IMG/VR virus record: IMGVR_UViG_3300043567_001092
Source of the DNA: an uncultured virus (IMG/VR IMGVR_UViG_3300043567_001092)
Lineage: Duplodnaviria > Heunggongvirae > Uroviricota > Caudoviricetes
Strand: one strand, 5' to 3'
DNA length: 62,719 nt
The notes under the pieces are model-generated. The model did no database searches. It saw only the letters and a list, made by a program, of their open reading frames with translations, and was not told the origin of the DNA. The first letter of the stretch is position 1. Every line of letters begins with the position of its first letter. Below, one piece after another: positions 47,683-57,500 of the stretch. Position numbers and translations under genes: made by a program.

Positions 47683-47801
47683 TGATGAAAGAATTAAAAG
47701 ATTTTGTAATATCTTTAATGAAAATTCTTGGTATAGCATTTTATGCTGTGTATTTTGTTATTGTACTTTACCTAGTTTTAGCTAGTTTTGGTGCAGTATG
47801 A
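47682..47801 (+). CDS. Small membrane peptide (39 aa, below track cutoff)
   Basis: GGAGG RBS, single hydrophobic helix, overlaps both neighbours. Confidence 0.55.
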   Translation: MMKELKDFVISLMKILGIAFYAVYFVIVLYLVLASFGAV

Positions 47802-48187
47802 AGACTAAAGTTAAAATCGAATATTTTGCAGGGGATGTAACTAAAATTATTGGCGAACAATGTAACCACATGTCTGATTATGACAAGTTACAAAGCCAAG
47901 AAATAAAAGCGGTTATTAGGAATTATGTCACTAGAAATGCTATTGATTTAGTTCTTAAGGGTGTATCAAAGCGCCCAAAAGCTCCACAATCGTTTTTAAA
48001 TAATTATAATTCGCATAATTTATATACTGTCTCAAAATCTCACATTGAAAAAAGACTTATTGACAGATTGAACGTCATTCTGTTATGCTATTATCAGATG
48101 CTTATGTATGATGGAATTGATGTAGAGACCTTTTTGGCCCTATGTGATAGTTATGTAGACCATCATATTTTTGAAATTGATTTATAG
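47798..48187 (+). CDS. Hypothetical protein
   Basis: ORF within an operon. Confidence 0.6.
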   Translation: MKTKVKIEYFAGDVTKIIGEQCNHMSDYDKLQSQEIKAVIRNYVTRNAIDLVLKGVSKRPKAPQSFLNNYNSHNLYTVSKSHIEKRLIDRLNVILLCYYQMLMYDGIDVETFLALCDSYVDHHIFEIDL

Positions 48188-48197
48188 GAGGTTTACA

Positions 48198-48404
48198 ATG
48201 GTTAGCTTAGATATATTAGCACAAATGATTATGGTTGTTTGTATGTATAAAGCTCCTGGAATTCCTGCTTATGATAAGCTTAATTGTGGAGAATATGTTA
48301 CTAATTGTACGATTGGTCCTGGATATGACAAAATGAATGAAGCAGAAGTTATGGATAGAGTTGTAAGATGCAGCGAGAAAGCTTTAGATAAAGGCGCTAA
48401 ATAA
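48198..48404 (+). CDS. Small 4-Cys protein, probable paralog of 47260-47454
   Basis: AGGAGG RBS then ATG at 48198, same Cys pattern. Confidence 0.6.
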   Translation: MVSLDILAQMIMVVCMYKAPGIPAYDKLNCGEYVTNCTIGPGYDKMNEAEVMDRVVRCSEKALDKGAK

Positions 48405-48416
48405 TTTAAAGGAGCC

Positions 48417-48635
48417 ATGATGAGTAAATTAAAGGTTGATCTTAAAGAGTTAGAGAGAGCCGTTTCTTACTTAAAGAAGAAGCACGATCCAAGTGTTTTA
48501 GAACTAGAAATTACTATTGAAGGCAGATTGCTTGTTAGAAGCACTAACTTTGAAGCAGATCTTTTAACTGTCACTCTTTTCGAGGAGTCTACTAACAAGA
48601 TGGCAGAAGTTACTTTAACGGAGAGATTACCATGA
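48417..48635 (+). CDS. Hypothetical protein
   Basis: AAGGAG RBS. Confidence 0.6.
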   Translation: MMSKLKVDLKELERAVSYLKKKHDPSVLELEITIEGRLLVRSTNFEADLLTVTLFEESTNKMAEVTLTERLP

Positions 48636-48760
48636 GAAATATTAGAATCGCTGCATGTCTATTGTGGATGTTGGCTGGAGTTATGTCAAATTCTACGCCT
48701 GGTTATATTTCAGCTTTTGCATCCGTATTGTTTTTATATGCTTTAATTAAAGGACATTAG
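48632..48760 (+). CDS. Small two-helix membrane peptide (42 aa, below track cutoff)
   Basis: ATGA overlap, hydrophobic. Confidence 0.5.
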   Translation: MRNIRIAACLLWMLAGVMSNSTPGYISAFASVLFLYALIKGH

Positions 48761-48775
48761 AACCTTGGAGGTTTT

Positions 48776-48970
48776 ATGGAGAACGTATTATTTTTAGCAA
48801 TCGGAGTAATTATCGGACACGTTTTTGGATATGCGCGTGGACTTGAAAAAGCCAAATCAACATTAATTAAATCTCTAAATAGACGTGGATATGTTAATAA
48901 TAAAATAGAAGAGACTGAAGTTGCTCATAAAGCAATGAAAGAAGCAGTCAGACTTTATATTGCTGAGTAG
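48776..48970 (+). CDS. Small membrane-anchored protein
   Basis: GGAGG RBS, N-terminal hydrophobic helix. Confidence 0.6.
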   Translation: MENVLFLAIGVIIGHVFGYARGLEKAKSTLIKSLNRRGYVNNKIEETEVAHKAMKEAVRLYIAE

Positions 48971-48973
48971 GAC

Positions 48974-49222
48974 ATGAGAGCTAGAGATCAGATTGGTCAC
49001 TTCACAAGTAGCCAGTATATTCATTTTTTAAAACAAATAAATAAATCAAATTGTTTTGGCACAGTGAGTGTTGCATCTGTGTTTGTTGGCCATCGAACAA
49101 TCCAAGTTAAAGCTGGAAGTTTTATATTAGACAAGCTTTCCACTATCGCTGATGAATGCCCAAGTCTAAGACATCATATAATGGACCACATAATAGAAAA
49201 TTCTTACGGAAACTGCAAATAA
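48974..49222 (+). CDS. Divergent MKKRxQ-family microprotein
   Basis: Starts MRARDQI, ends LRHHIMDHI. Confidence 0.6.
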   Translation: MRARDQIGHFTSSQYIHFLKQINKSNCFGTVSVASVFVGHRTIQVKAGSFILDKLSTIADECPSLRHHIMDHIIENSYGNCK

Positions 49223-49247
49223 AAAAGGGCTCAATCGAGCCCTTTTT
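49222..49247. terminator. Bidirectional intrinsic terminator
   Basis: AAAAAGGGCTC-aatc-GAGCCCTTTTT between convergent genes. Confidence 0.85.
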
Positions 49248-49272
49248 AATTCTTAACTTTTAATGTAAAAAA

Positions 49273-49776
49273 TTAGATACCGTCTGTAATTTTAGCTGCA
49301 GTAGCAGACTCATCATCTCCGCCGCCAGCGATTCCAGTTTCATCTTCGCCTTTAAGTGCTACGATTTCAATTCTGATATCAGAAACACCTCTAGAAGCTA
49401 CTCCAGATGACCATGAAGTTACTTTACAACCTACAGCTCTAAAGATAACTTTGTTATTGTTTGCTCTATCTAAAACTTCTACTGTGAAATCCTCTTCTTC
49501 TAAAAGATCTTTAAGTAAAGTTGCATTAGCTACAGCGTATGGTCCAGCGTCTACTACTCTGTATCCAGATAAAGATAAAGAGACAGCTTCTTGGCTTGTT
49601 CCAACGATTTCTGCTGGAGAGTATCTACCCAATACAAATAAAGGCTCTTTTGCTTGTCTGATAGACCAAGAGCAGTTGCTGAATAATCCAACTGTGTGGG
49701 AAGAAGGCTTTCCGCCTACATTTTTAGTGATTTGAATTTTGGCCCGTGCGCCGACCAATGTTTTTGCTTTTGCCAT
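49273..49776 (-). CDS. Tail tube protein
   Basis: 167 aa beta-rich protein directly downstream of the sheath. Confidence 0.8.
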   Translation of the reverse strand: MAKAKTLVGARAKIQITKNVGGKPSSHTVGLFSNCSWSIRQAKEPLFVLGRYSPAEIVGTSQEAVSLSLSGYRVVDAGPYAVANATLLKDLLEEEDFTVEVLDRANNNKVIFRAVGCKVTSWSSGVASRGVSDIRIEIVALKGEDETGIAGGGDDESATAAKITDGI

Positions 49777-49788
49777 AAATACTCCCTA

Positions 49789-52524
49789 TTAAGCTGTTTG
49801 TTCTACTTGAGAAATGGTCATTGAGATTGGAACGAAGTAAATTAAACCAGCGAGTTTGATCTCTACGCTGACTTCACATACAGGTCCAGTGATTTTAACT
49901 GTAGCGTTTTTATAACCCTTAGTTGCATCATCTGATTGAGCAATCCATTTAAGTCTCAAGAAGTTAAACATTTCAGTGTCTAAGATACTTAAAGCAGCCG
50001 CTGCAGAGATATCAGCTACAGATTTACCAACTACTAAGCGATCAAAACGGTCGATTAGAGTAAGTACGATTAAATCTGAGATATAAACAGCTTGCATGCT
50101 ATTGTAAACGAAATTGTTATCAGCAGAATATGTGCTTTGATCAGATACCCATCTGAATCCGCCAGTTGGAACTTTTTCCATGAACAACAATCCAGCTTTT
50201 AATGCATCTTCTCTATCACCTTGAAGAGAAGTGTCGAAATCGCCAGAAGTCATAGAAATTCCGCTTACAGAAGCGAATTTTTTAACGATACCTTTGTATC
50301 CTGCAGCAGCCTGCATTCCAGCAGCTGTGATCGCAGACATCCAAGGTTGGTATAAAGTAGATCCGATTTTAGCGTTTTGGAAGCAGAGGTACATTCTGTA
50401 TGAAGAAAGTTCTCCAGACATCTCTTTAACGTTTGCATAAGTATCAATTACAGATGCAAAACCTTGTCTATTCTTTTTAGCTTTAATTTGGCTCATTTTA
50501 TTAACGTGAGCTTTAAGGTAAGCATTGATAGAAGAGATAGTATAAGTAGAAGAGCTTTCAGTTTCTTCAGCCGCGATATCTGCAGTAGCATCTTGTGAGA
50601 ATAATGGAACGATAAAGTTAGTATCCAATTTTTCACATGCATCAATTGCAGTAACAACGATTGCTGAAGTTGTTCCAGCTTTAGTTCCATCAGATAAGAA
50701 TTGGAAAGAAGCAGTAGCTTCAGGCAATCCAGCAGCAAGAACTTCAAAAGAAGCATAAGCGCTACCGTTCATTGTTTCAGAGAAATCAGAAGCATCTTTT
50801 TTAAGTCTAGCATTGTTTGCAATACCAGAAGCTCCATAAGTTCCCATATCTAATTTAGAAGGAGCAACAGAACTGTACTTAGCAGAAACAACTGAAGCTG
50901 TCCAGTTAGTTTGTGAGTTAACAAAATCAGCTAAATCAGTTAATGTTTTATATTGTTTATAAGTAGCTGAGAATACCATTGTAGAAGCTACATAGAAATC
51001 AACACTTTCTGTTCCAACATCAACTGTTGCATCTTCTTCAGAGCAACCGATAGTTATAACAATGTCACCACCAGCTTGGAGGATTTCAGAGTTAGTTCCT
51101 TGAGTGATTGTCATTTGATTTTTGTATTCAGCAGCAGACACTAATTGTTTATAGCTTAGACCTGCATCTGTTCCAGCGTCTGTTTTGAAGATTTCGCTAG
51201 TTGAGCTTTCAATTGCCAATGTTTTTCCCAATCCAGACATAACTGGAGCAAGAACTACTAGAGGTTCCGTGCCAGAGCTATATGCTGCAGAAGCAGGAAC
51301 TGAAGCAATTGAAGATCCTTCAGAAAGTCTAGAAGCAGTAATTGATGTAGCAGTTGCAGCAGTGATTTGATAGAAACCAGCGGCTACTGTTCCAAAAGTA
51401 GCAGCAACTTTCATGATGTCGCCGATACTTGGAGTAACATTTAAATTAGCTGGTGCGTCGATTTTTACGCTTGATCCAGTGTTAATAGATACTGTATAAG
51501 TACCGAAAACATCTTGAACAGCTTGTCTTTCGTCGCCAGTCATATTTTTAATTTCGATTTTAGAATAGAACACAAGGTCACGTTTATCAACAGACACTGA
51601 TCCAGAAGCAGATGTTAAAGCTGCTGCAGAGTAAACTTTTTTCAAAGTTACTGTAGCTGAAGAAGAAGTGTTTGTAGCTGCTGTAACGATGTACGTTCCA
51701 ACGTTTTCTTGAGAAGATCCAGCAATCGCTGAATTTTGAGCAGCAGAGTAATCACCATTTGCAGGGATTACAGCTACGTCTCCAACGCTTGGAATAGTTG
51801 TCCACAATTTAGTAGCTTGTAAAGTTACTAAAAGAGTACTTGCGTCAAGTGCAGATGCAGAGAATGTAGATGTAGTTGGCAATAAGATTTTTTCTTGTCC
51901 ACCAGTTGCCAATACGCCTTCTGCGATATTTTCTAATGCTGCAACTAATGCATCTGGAGCCATTTTAGGAGTAACAGTGTGAGACATTTTTGCTCCACCG
52001 TTAATTCTTAAATCAACATAATTTGTGTCAGATAAAGTTGGAGTATAGCAAATTTCTCCAGTTGTAGGTGCAGTTTCTGCTCTAGCAACATCTGATTTTT
52101 GTTTAATTAAGTTTCCGTCAGTTCCTTCTTTTTTAGCTAAAACATTAGCATAAGTAGGAGTGTCTTTAACTTTTTGAGTCATCGTAGCGGCTGCTTTAGT
52201 TGACATATTAGTTTTAATAATTCTTACCGCACCAACAGAACCTAAAATGTTAGGGTCATTTGCAGCAGAAACTAATTGTTTAAAAGCATCAACGATGTGA
52301 CCACTTTTATATTTAGACTGTACTTTGCTGTACTGGTCTGGAGTGAATATATTTGCTGTAAGATCTGATTCATCTAAGAATCCTGGACCGGCATCAGCTT
52401 CACCAATAAGTGTAACTACTCCAGCAGAAGCGATTGCACCCTGGCCACCTTGAACAGATACTGAAACTACTGCACCTGGTTCAATTAATGTAATTCCATC
52501 TTGGGTCGTAAATTTTTGACTCAT
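49789..52524 (-). CDS. Tail sheath protein (911 aa)
   Basis: N-terminal PG..LIGEADAGP, C-terminal DQSTY..NSMQ..VGKS..IYFVPISMTI sheath pattern. Confidence 0.85.
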   Translation of the reverse strand: MSQKFTTQDGITLIEPGAVVSVSVQGGQGAIASAGVVTLIGEADAGPGFLDESDLTANIFTPDQYSKVQSKYKSGHIVDAFKQLVSAANDPNILGSVGAVRIIKTNMSTKAAATMTQKVKDTPTYANVLAKKEGTDGNLIKQKSDVARAETAPTTGEICYTPTLSDTNYVDLRINGGAKMSHTVTPKMAPDALVAALENIAEGVLATGGQEKILLPTTSTFSASALDASTLLVTLQATKLWTTIPSVGDVAVIPANGDYSAAQNSAIAGSSQENVGTYIVTAATNTSSSATVTLKKVYSAAALTSASGSVSVDKRDLVFYSKIEIKNMTGDERQAVQDVFGTYTVSINTGSSVKIDAPANLNVTPSIGDIMKVAATFGTVAAGFYQITAATATSITASRLSEGSSIASVPASAAYSSGTEPLVVLAPVMSGLGKTLAIESSTSEIFKTDAGTDAGLSYKQLVSAAEYKNQMTITQGTNSEILQAGGDIVITIGCSEEDATVDVGTESVDFYVASTMVFSATYKQYKTLTDLADFVNSQTNWTASVVSAKYSSVAPSKLDMGTYGASGIANNARLKKDASDFSETMNGSAYASFEVLAAGLPEATASFQFLSDGTKAGTTSAIVVTAIDACEKLDTNFIVPLFSQDATADIAAEETESSSTYTISSINAYLKAHVNKMSQIKAKKNRQGFASVIDTYANVKEMSGELSSYRMYLCFQNAKIGSTLYQPWMSAITAAGMQAAAGYKGIVKKFASVSGISMTSGDFDTSLQGDREDALKAGLLFMEKVPTGGFRWVSDQSTYSADNNFVYNSMQAVYISDLIVLTLIDRFDRLVVGKSVADISAAAALSILDTEMFNFLRLKWIAQSDDATKGYKNATVKITGPVCEVSVEIKLAGLIYFVPISMTISQVEQTA

Positions 52525-52546
52525 TTTTATCTCCTTAACAATAAAA

Positions 52547-52554
52547 AGATTAGG
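52547..52554 (-). promoter_or_regulatory. Putative late promoter motif CCTAATCT
   Basis: Intergenic, upstream of the sheath. Confidence 0.7.
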
Positions 52555-52806
52555 CTAAACGTTATAGCCAAAATCTCTTAAACCAGCTTTGAAATCTCTA
52601 GAATCTGTGATTCCTTTAGCTTCAAAATGTTTCTTGATTGATTCTTTTAATTCAGCTTTAAAACCATATTTACTAGCAGTTACAATCCACCATGCATCAA
52701 AAGAAACAGGTATATGGATTTCTTCTTTTTTAGCTGGTGTTTCTGCTTGAGCTTGATCTTGGCCAACTACTTGAAATGATTTTTTATTTTCTTTTCTTTT
52801 AGCCAT
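52555..52806 (-). CDS. Small protein upstream of the sheath
   Basis: ORF within a late operon. Confidence 0.65.
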   Translation of the reverse strand: MAKRKENKKSFQVVGQDQAQAETPAKKEEIHIPVSFDAWWIVTASKYGFKAELKESIKKHFEAKGITDSRDFKAGLRDFGYNV

Positions 52807-52808
52807 TT

Positions 52809-54539
52809 TTAGTCCTTTTTAAACTTTGGTTGCCAAGGTTTCTTAAGATCTTCCATAATTTCAGCTTTTGTCATTTTGTATGAACAAGATTCTTCGCTTT
52901 TTTCTTCTTTTTTCATCTCAGATTTAGGAAGATTCGGTTTAGGCATTGCTTTTTGTTCAGCAATTACTTTATGATGTTCCTCTTTTGCTTCATTGATGTG
53001 TTTATTTCCTAATTTATTTGCCAATTCTCCAGTAACAAGACCACGAGGAGCTTCATTGTGATATACTTTAGTTTTATTATACGATGTTCCTAAAGTAGCT
53101 CTACTTCCAGCAGAGCTTCGGCCTTTATCAGTTGAATAATAGTATCCTTCTTTATCTACAGAAGGTTTATGAATACCTTTTTGGTGTTCAAGATTGCCAG
53201 AACTTTCTTTTAATCCAGCCTTTTCCATCTCTTCTTTTTCTTTTTCTTCATGCTCTTTAGATTCTTTAGCCTCATGTTCTTTAGACTCATCTTCTTCAGA
53301 TTCATCTTTTTCTTCTTTCATTACAGTAGGTGCAGGTTTTAATTGCATAGTAGCTGTAGGCTTAGGAATTTTAGGCTTTGGAATACTAGGAGCTGTAGGC
53401 TTAGGCATTCCCATTGGAATAGATGTTGCCTTCATCAATTCTTCAAATTGCTCTGGATTTTCTTGAGCAATTTTAAGTAATTCTTTAGCTAATTCCAATG
53501 CTGATTTATCCGCTTTTTTCATTTCTTTCTCCATTGATTCTTCTGACTTAGGGAGGTTTGGCTTAGGCATAGCTTTTAATTCTTTGAGTTTAGAAACATG
53601 ATGGCCTTTTGCCGCTTGAATATTTTTGCTTCTTACGGCAGATCCTGCATAAGATCTACCAGTGTGATCGAGTAGATGTTTTCCTGCTTTAGGGATTTCT
53701 TTAGTAGTGGCATCTGATACAGGTTTATGAACACCCTTCATATCAACATTTGGATGAGCTGCACCTTTTTCCATCTCTTCTTTTTTCATTTCAGATTTAG
53801 GAAGGTTTGGCTTAGGCATAGCTTTTAATTCTTTGAGTTTAGAAACATGGATTTCTTTTGCAACTTTTGGAGACCTTTCATACTCGTCAAAAGTAGACGG
53901 ATCGTGAGCCTCTCTTGTTTTAATTCCTGCATAAGAAATTCCGTGTTGTGTTTTTCCATTTTTAATATATTGAGTGCTATAGCTTGGTTGATGTACGCCT
54001 TTTTCTTCTTTAGCCATTTCTGACTTAGGAAGGTTTGGCTTAGGCATTTGTTTTAAATCGTACATTACTTTTTTATGCGATTTAACAGACTGATCTTTTG
54101 GCAAATCAGAATATGCACTTGGAGATCGGTGAATACCCTTATCTCTTTGTGGCCACATTTCTTCATTTCTTTTTTGGCGAGCAGAAACTTTTTGTTTTGA
54201 GGTCTTGCCTTCGTCAATGCGAGCTTTTTCCATTGCTTCTTCTTTGCCAGCTTCTTCATTTTCTGGAGAGCGCAATTCAGCTTCATCTTGCAATGTTCTT
54301 AAATGCTCAAACATTTTCTTTTGTTTTTCAGGAGTATCTAAGATAGACAAAGCGTGTTTAATACTTTCGTCTTCTTCTACAATATCATGAGCTTTATCTT
54401 CAGGAGAATTTGGAGAGTGAGGCATATCATCTTTAACCATTAGAGGTGCTGCAACATCTGAAGGAATGTTCTTTTTAGCTGTTTCTTTAACAGCTTTTAA
54501 AAGTTCTTTTGCTTTTTCTAATGCCGATTTTTCGCTCAT
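52809..54539 (-). CDS. Lys/Glu-rich repetitive protein, probable internal head protein
   Basis: Four KGxH..K[AQ]MPKPNLPKSE modules, repeated MEK[AG], late motif upstream. Confidence 0.6.
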   Translation of the reverse strand: MSEKSALEKAKELLKAVKETAKKNIPSDVAAPLMVKDDMPHSPNSPEDKAHDIVEEDESIKHALSILDTPEKQKKMFEHLRTLQDEAELRSPENEEAGKEEAMEKARIDEGKTSKQKVSARQKRNEEMWPQRDKGIHRSPSAYSDLPKDQSVKSHKKVMYDLKQMPKPNLPKSEMAKEEKGVHQPSYSTQYIKNGKTQHGISYAGIKTREAHDPSTFDEYERSPKVAKEIHVSKLKELKAMPKPNLPKSEMKKEEMEKGAAHPNVDMKGVHKPVSDATTKEIPKAGKHLLDHTGRSYAGSAVRSKNIQAAKGHHVSKLKELKAMPKPNLPKSEESMEKEMKKADKSALELAKELLKIAQENPEQFEELMKATSIPMGMPKPTAPSIPKPKIPKPTATMQLKPAPTVMKEEKDESEEDESKEHEAKESKEHEEKEKEEMEKAGLKESSGNLEHQKGIHKPSVDKEGYYYSTDKGRSSAGSRATLGTSYNKTKVYHNEAPRGLVTGELANKLGNKHINEAKEEHHKVIAEQKAMPKPNLPKSEMKKEEKSEESCSYKMTKAEIMEDLKKPWQPKFKKD

Positions 54540-54573
54540 ACAATCCTCTAAGTAATTAAAATACCCAACCTTT

Positions 54574-54581
54574 AGATTAGG
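54574..54581 (-). promoter_or_regulatory. Putative late promoter motif CCTAATCT
   Basis: Intergenic, upstream of 54539. Confidence 0.7.
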
Positions 54582-54590
54582 TTAGATATT

Positions 54591-57500
54591 TTAATCCTTC
54601 TTCTTAACCGAAAGCTTCTTAATATCATTAAAGCTTAATTTGTTAGTTTTAGGAGCAAAAATGGCATCTAGTCTAGCCTTTTGCTCTTTTATGTCTGCAG
54701 CCTTAAACCGACCTTTATTTCTTCTGTGTTCTGCCTTAATGTCTTGGTAGTTTAAAGCGCTTGGAGCTTGCGGAGTTTTAAGATGTTCTGGTACCTCTTG
54801 TCCCTTAGCGTCATAAAAAGCCTTTAGATCAGCTTGGCGCTGAGTTTCTTTGGCTTGTTTTCTTTTATTCATCATATCTCTAAATGCAGAATTTGGCTTA
54901 AGAATTTCGTTTTTCATAACATTTTCTCCTAAATTGGTCTTGGTTGACCAGGAAGTTGTGTTAGAATCTCGCCCGTCGGCATTATATATTCCGTTAGAAT
55001 CCAATTCGATCCCCGAAACTTTACTATCTTCTGCAGAGGTATCTTGTTTTTCAGCCTCTTTTTTAGATAAGCTCTCTCCTGCTTGGAGAATGTGCTTGTA
55101 TAATCGTCTAAATACATTAGTACTAGTTCCAAAAGCTGTTCTTCGTTCATTCTTTTCAACATTTCCACTTGAAACTCCCTTAAACGATATTTTTATCGGT
55201 GGCAGTCCTTGGTTTTTACCTTGGCTATGAGAATGTCTTGTAATGGTTAAAACGTCTGGATTACTAGAATCTAGTGTAACACCGTCTTGACCAGAAAGCA
55301 AGGATTTTATGTGTCTCGCACGAAGTTTTTGTACACCATTTTCTTCAGTTGGAATAAAGTGTCTATTTGGATCTTTTTTAATTGAATTTATAATACCTCT
55401 AAAAAGGGCTTGGTGGCGCTTAGGTAGGGTATTTGCAAAATGATCTATCCTATTAGTATTATTTAGGATTTCATCGTCTTTATCTGCTTTTTGTTTATCA
55501 GAATGCCACATTGTTACACCATTTGGATGTTTTGCAGCAATCCAAGGTTGTTCGGGGTGTTTTTCCCCTATAGCTCTAGGTATGGCTTTTTCTAAAGTGT
55601 ACGACTCTGGGTCATTGATAATGAAAATTATTTCAGATTTATTTATAAGTTTTTTGAAATATTTATTAGCAGCTCTTGCCCTTGCATTAATTTTAGAATC
55701 AATTGACGTGCCTTTAACCCACGTATTTTTATTTGGGTCAAATGCAAGTTCTCCAGAATCAATCATGTCAGTTCTTTCTTTCATCTCTGGAGAAAGTAAT
55801 TTTCCTGATTTAAGCTGATCTACCAACTGACCTTTTTTGTCTTCATATCTTACTGCAGCCGGCTGATCTTCTGTTCCTATGACTATTCTTTTAGGTTCAT
55901 TTTCTTTAACTTTTACATTGGTTGTAAGTGGTGGCAATCCCATTCTTCTTCTTAATGGATTTTCTACTGCACGTGCTTGAACTTCACTTGGGTGTTTAAA
56001 AGACGCCGTTGGTCCTCCACCCATTTTAACAGATTCTCCAACTTCTTTATCCATCACAGTTTGATGTTGATGAGGAGTTCTTCCTTCTGGCATCTGTTCT
56101 AAGTGACCAAACTCATGGGTAATTGCGCCAGGATTCCATTGAGATTCTAAATTTCCGCCTCTCCAATCTGGCTTGTCTGTACCCTCAATAGAGCCAACTT
56201 TTCTTTCACCTGTTTTTTGATTTATTTTACCTTTTGACGGAACAATATCTTTTTTATATCTTAGTTGCGAAAATTTCTTTTGTTGTTCGATTTGTTTTTG
56301 GCCAAATTTAGATTTAGGATTTGGATTCCCTTGAGTGCCAAAAAGTTTCTTTCTTTGTGCTTTAATATTTTTAGAAGTTTTCTCTAAATCCTCTGATTTA
56401 TTTAAAAGATCTTTGAAGTATGATTCTGATTTGCCAAATTTATCAGCAGCCACTTTGAGATTTTCAGAATTAGGTATCCAATTGCCGAAAGCCTCTGGGG
56501 TCAGATTTTGCGCATATTCGTAAGATTTTTGATGACCTTGTTTTAAGTTTTTAATGTGCTTATCATAGTGATCATTTGGATTATCTCTAATTGTTCTGGT
56601 AAGATAATTTTTAAAGCTTTTTCTTTTTTCAGCATTTACTAGCAAGTCTCTTGCGTGTGTAAGTAGCTCCTGGTTAAAAGATCCTCTATTTCTTTTATAC
56701 CCTCTGTTTTCAACCCAGTCAGATAAAGTTTTAAGGGTGTCTGGGCTATACTGATTCAATAAATCTTTTACGACTTTTCCGTAAACATGAGAACCGTATT
56801 TTCTTTCAACTTGTCCTAATAAACCATGTAAGGCTTCGTGCTCTATTGTAGAGTCTACGGCTTGACCTCTAGCCTTAATTTGTTCTGGGGACAAATCTTT
56901 TGTCTCAACCTTCTTTTTTGATGGTTTTCTAGGTGCTGTTGGCATCTTTGGTCGTTTAGCAATGTGGTTATAGTACTCAGTAGAGCCAGGCGCGTAGTTA
57001 CTTACTTCTTTACGCCATTTATCGTAATCATCAAAAGATTTTGTTTTAGCTTCTTGGTATTTATCCGCGTTGTCTTTTATTTTTTGAGAGTACTCTTCGT
57101 CTGGAGCTTCGTATTTACTTCTAGCTTTTCCTGCAAGTGCGCCAGAGATATCGCGAGTATCTAAGGAATAATTTAATCCTAAAGTATCTCTACCAAGCCG
57201 TCTTGCTGGTGCGCCAGAAAGTCTTTTCATTTCTTTTGTTCTATTTTCTGGCTTTAGCTTTATACCTTTTTTATTTTCAAAATCTTTAATCTGTTGATCT
57301 GCTATTTTTCTTCCAAACAATTTAACTTGTTGGGGTTCTTCTAAAAGTTGCACATTTTGATCTGGTCTTGTGTCTAATCCCATTTTAGGAAAGGTAATCC
57401 TTGGTCTAGACATTTTTTCTAGGTTATTAGACTTATTTAAAATAGCTTTTTCTAATTTCTTTTTGAAATATTTTTTAGATTCGATAGCTTTTAACTTCTT

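Noticed and set aside
16340..52524. Bacterial contractile injection system or tailocin rather than a phage
   Set aside because: Interleaved early genes, a flap endonuclease, an HNH gene, head-type cargo proteins and the absence of host housekeeping genes fit a large phage genome.
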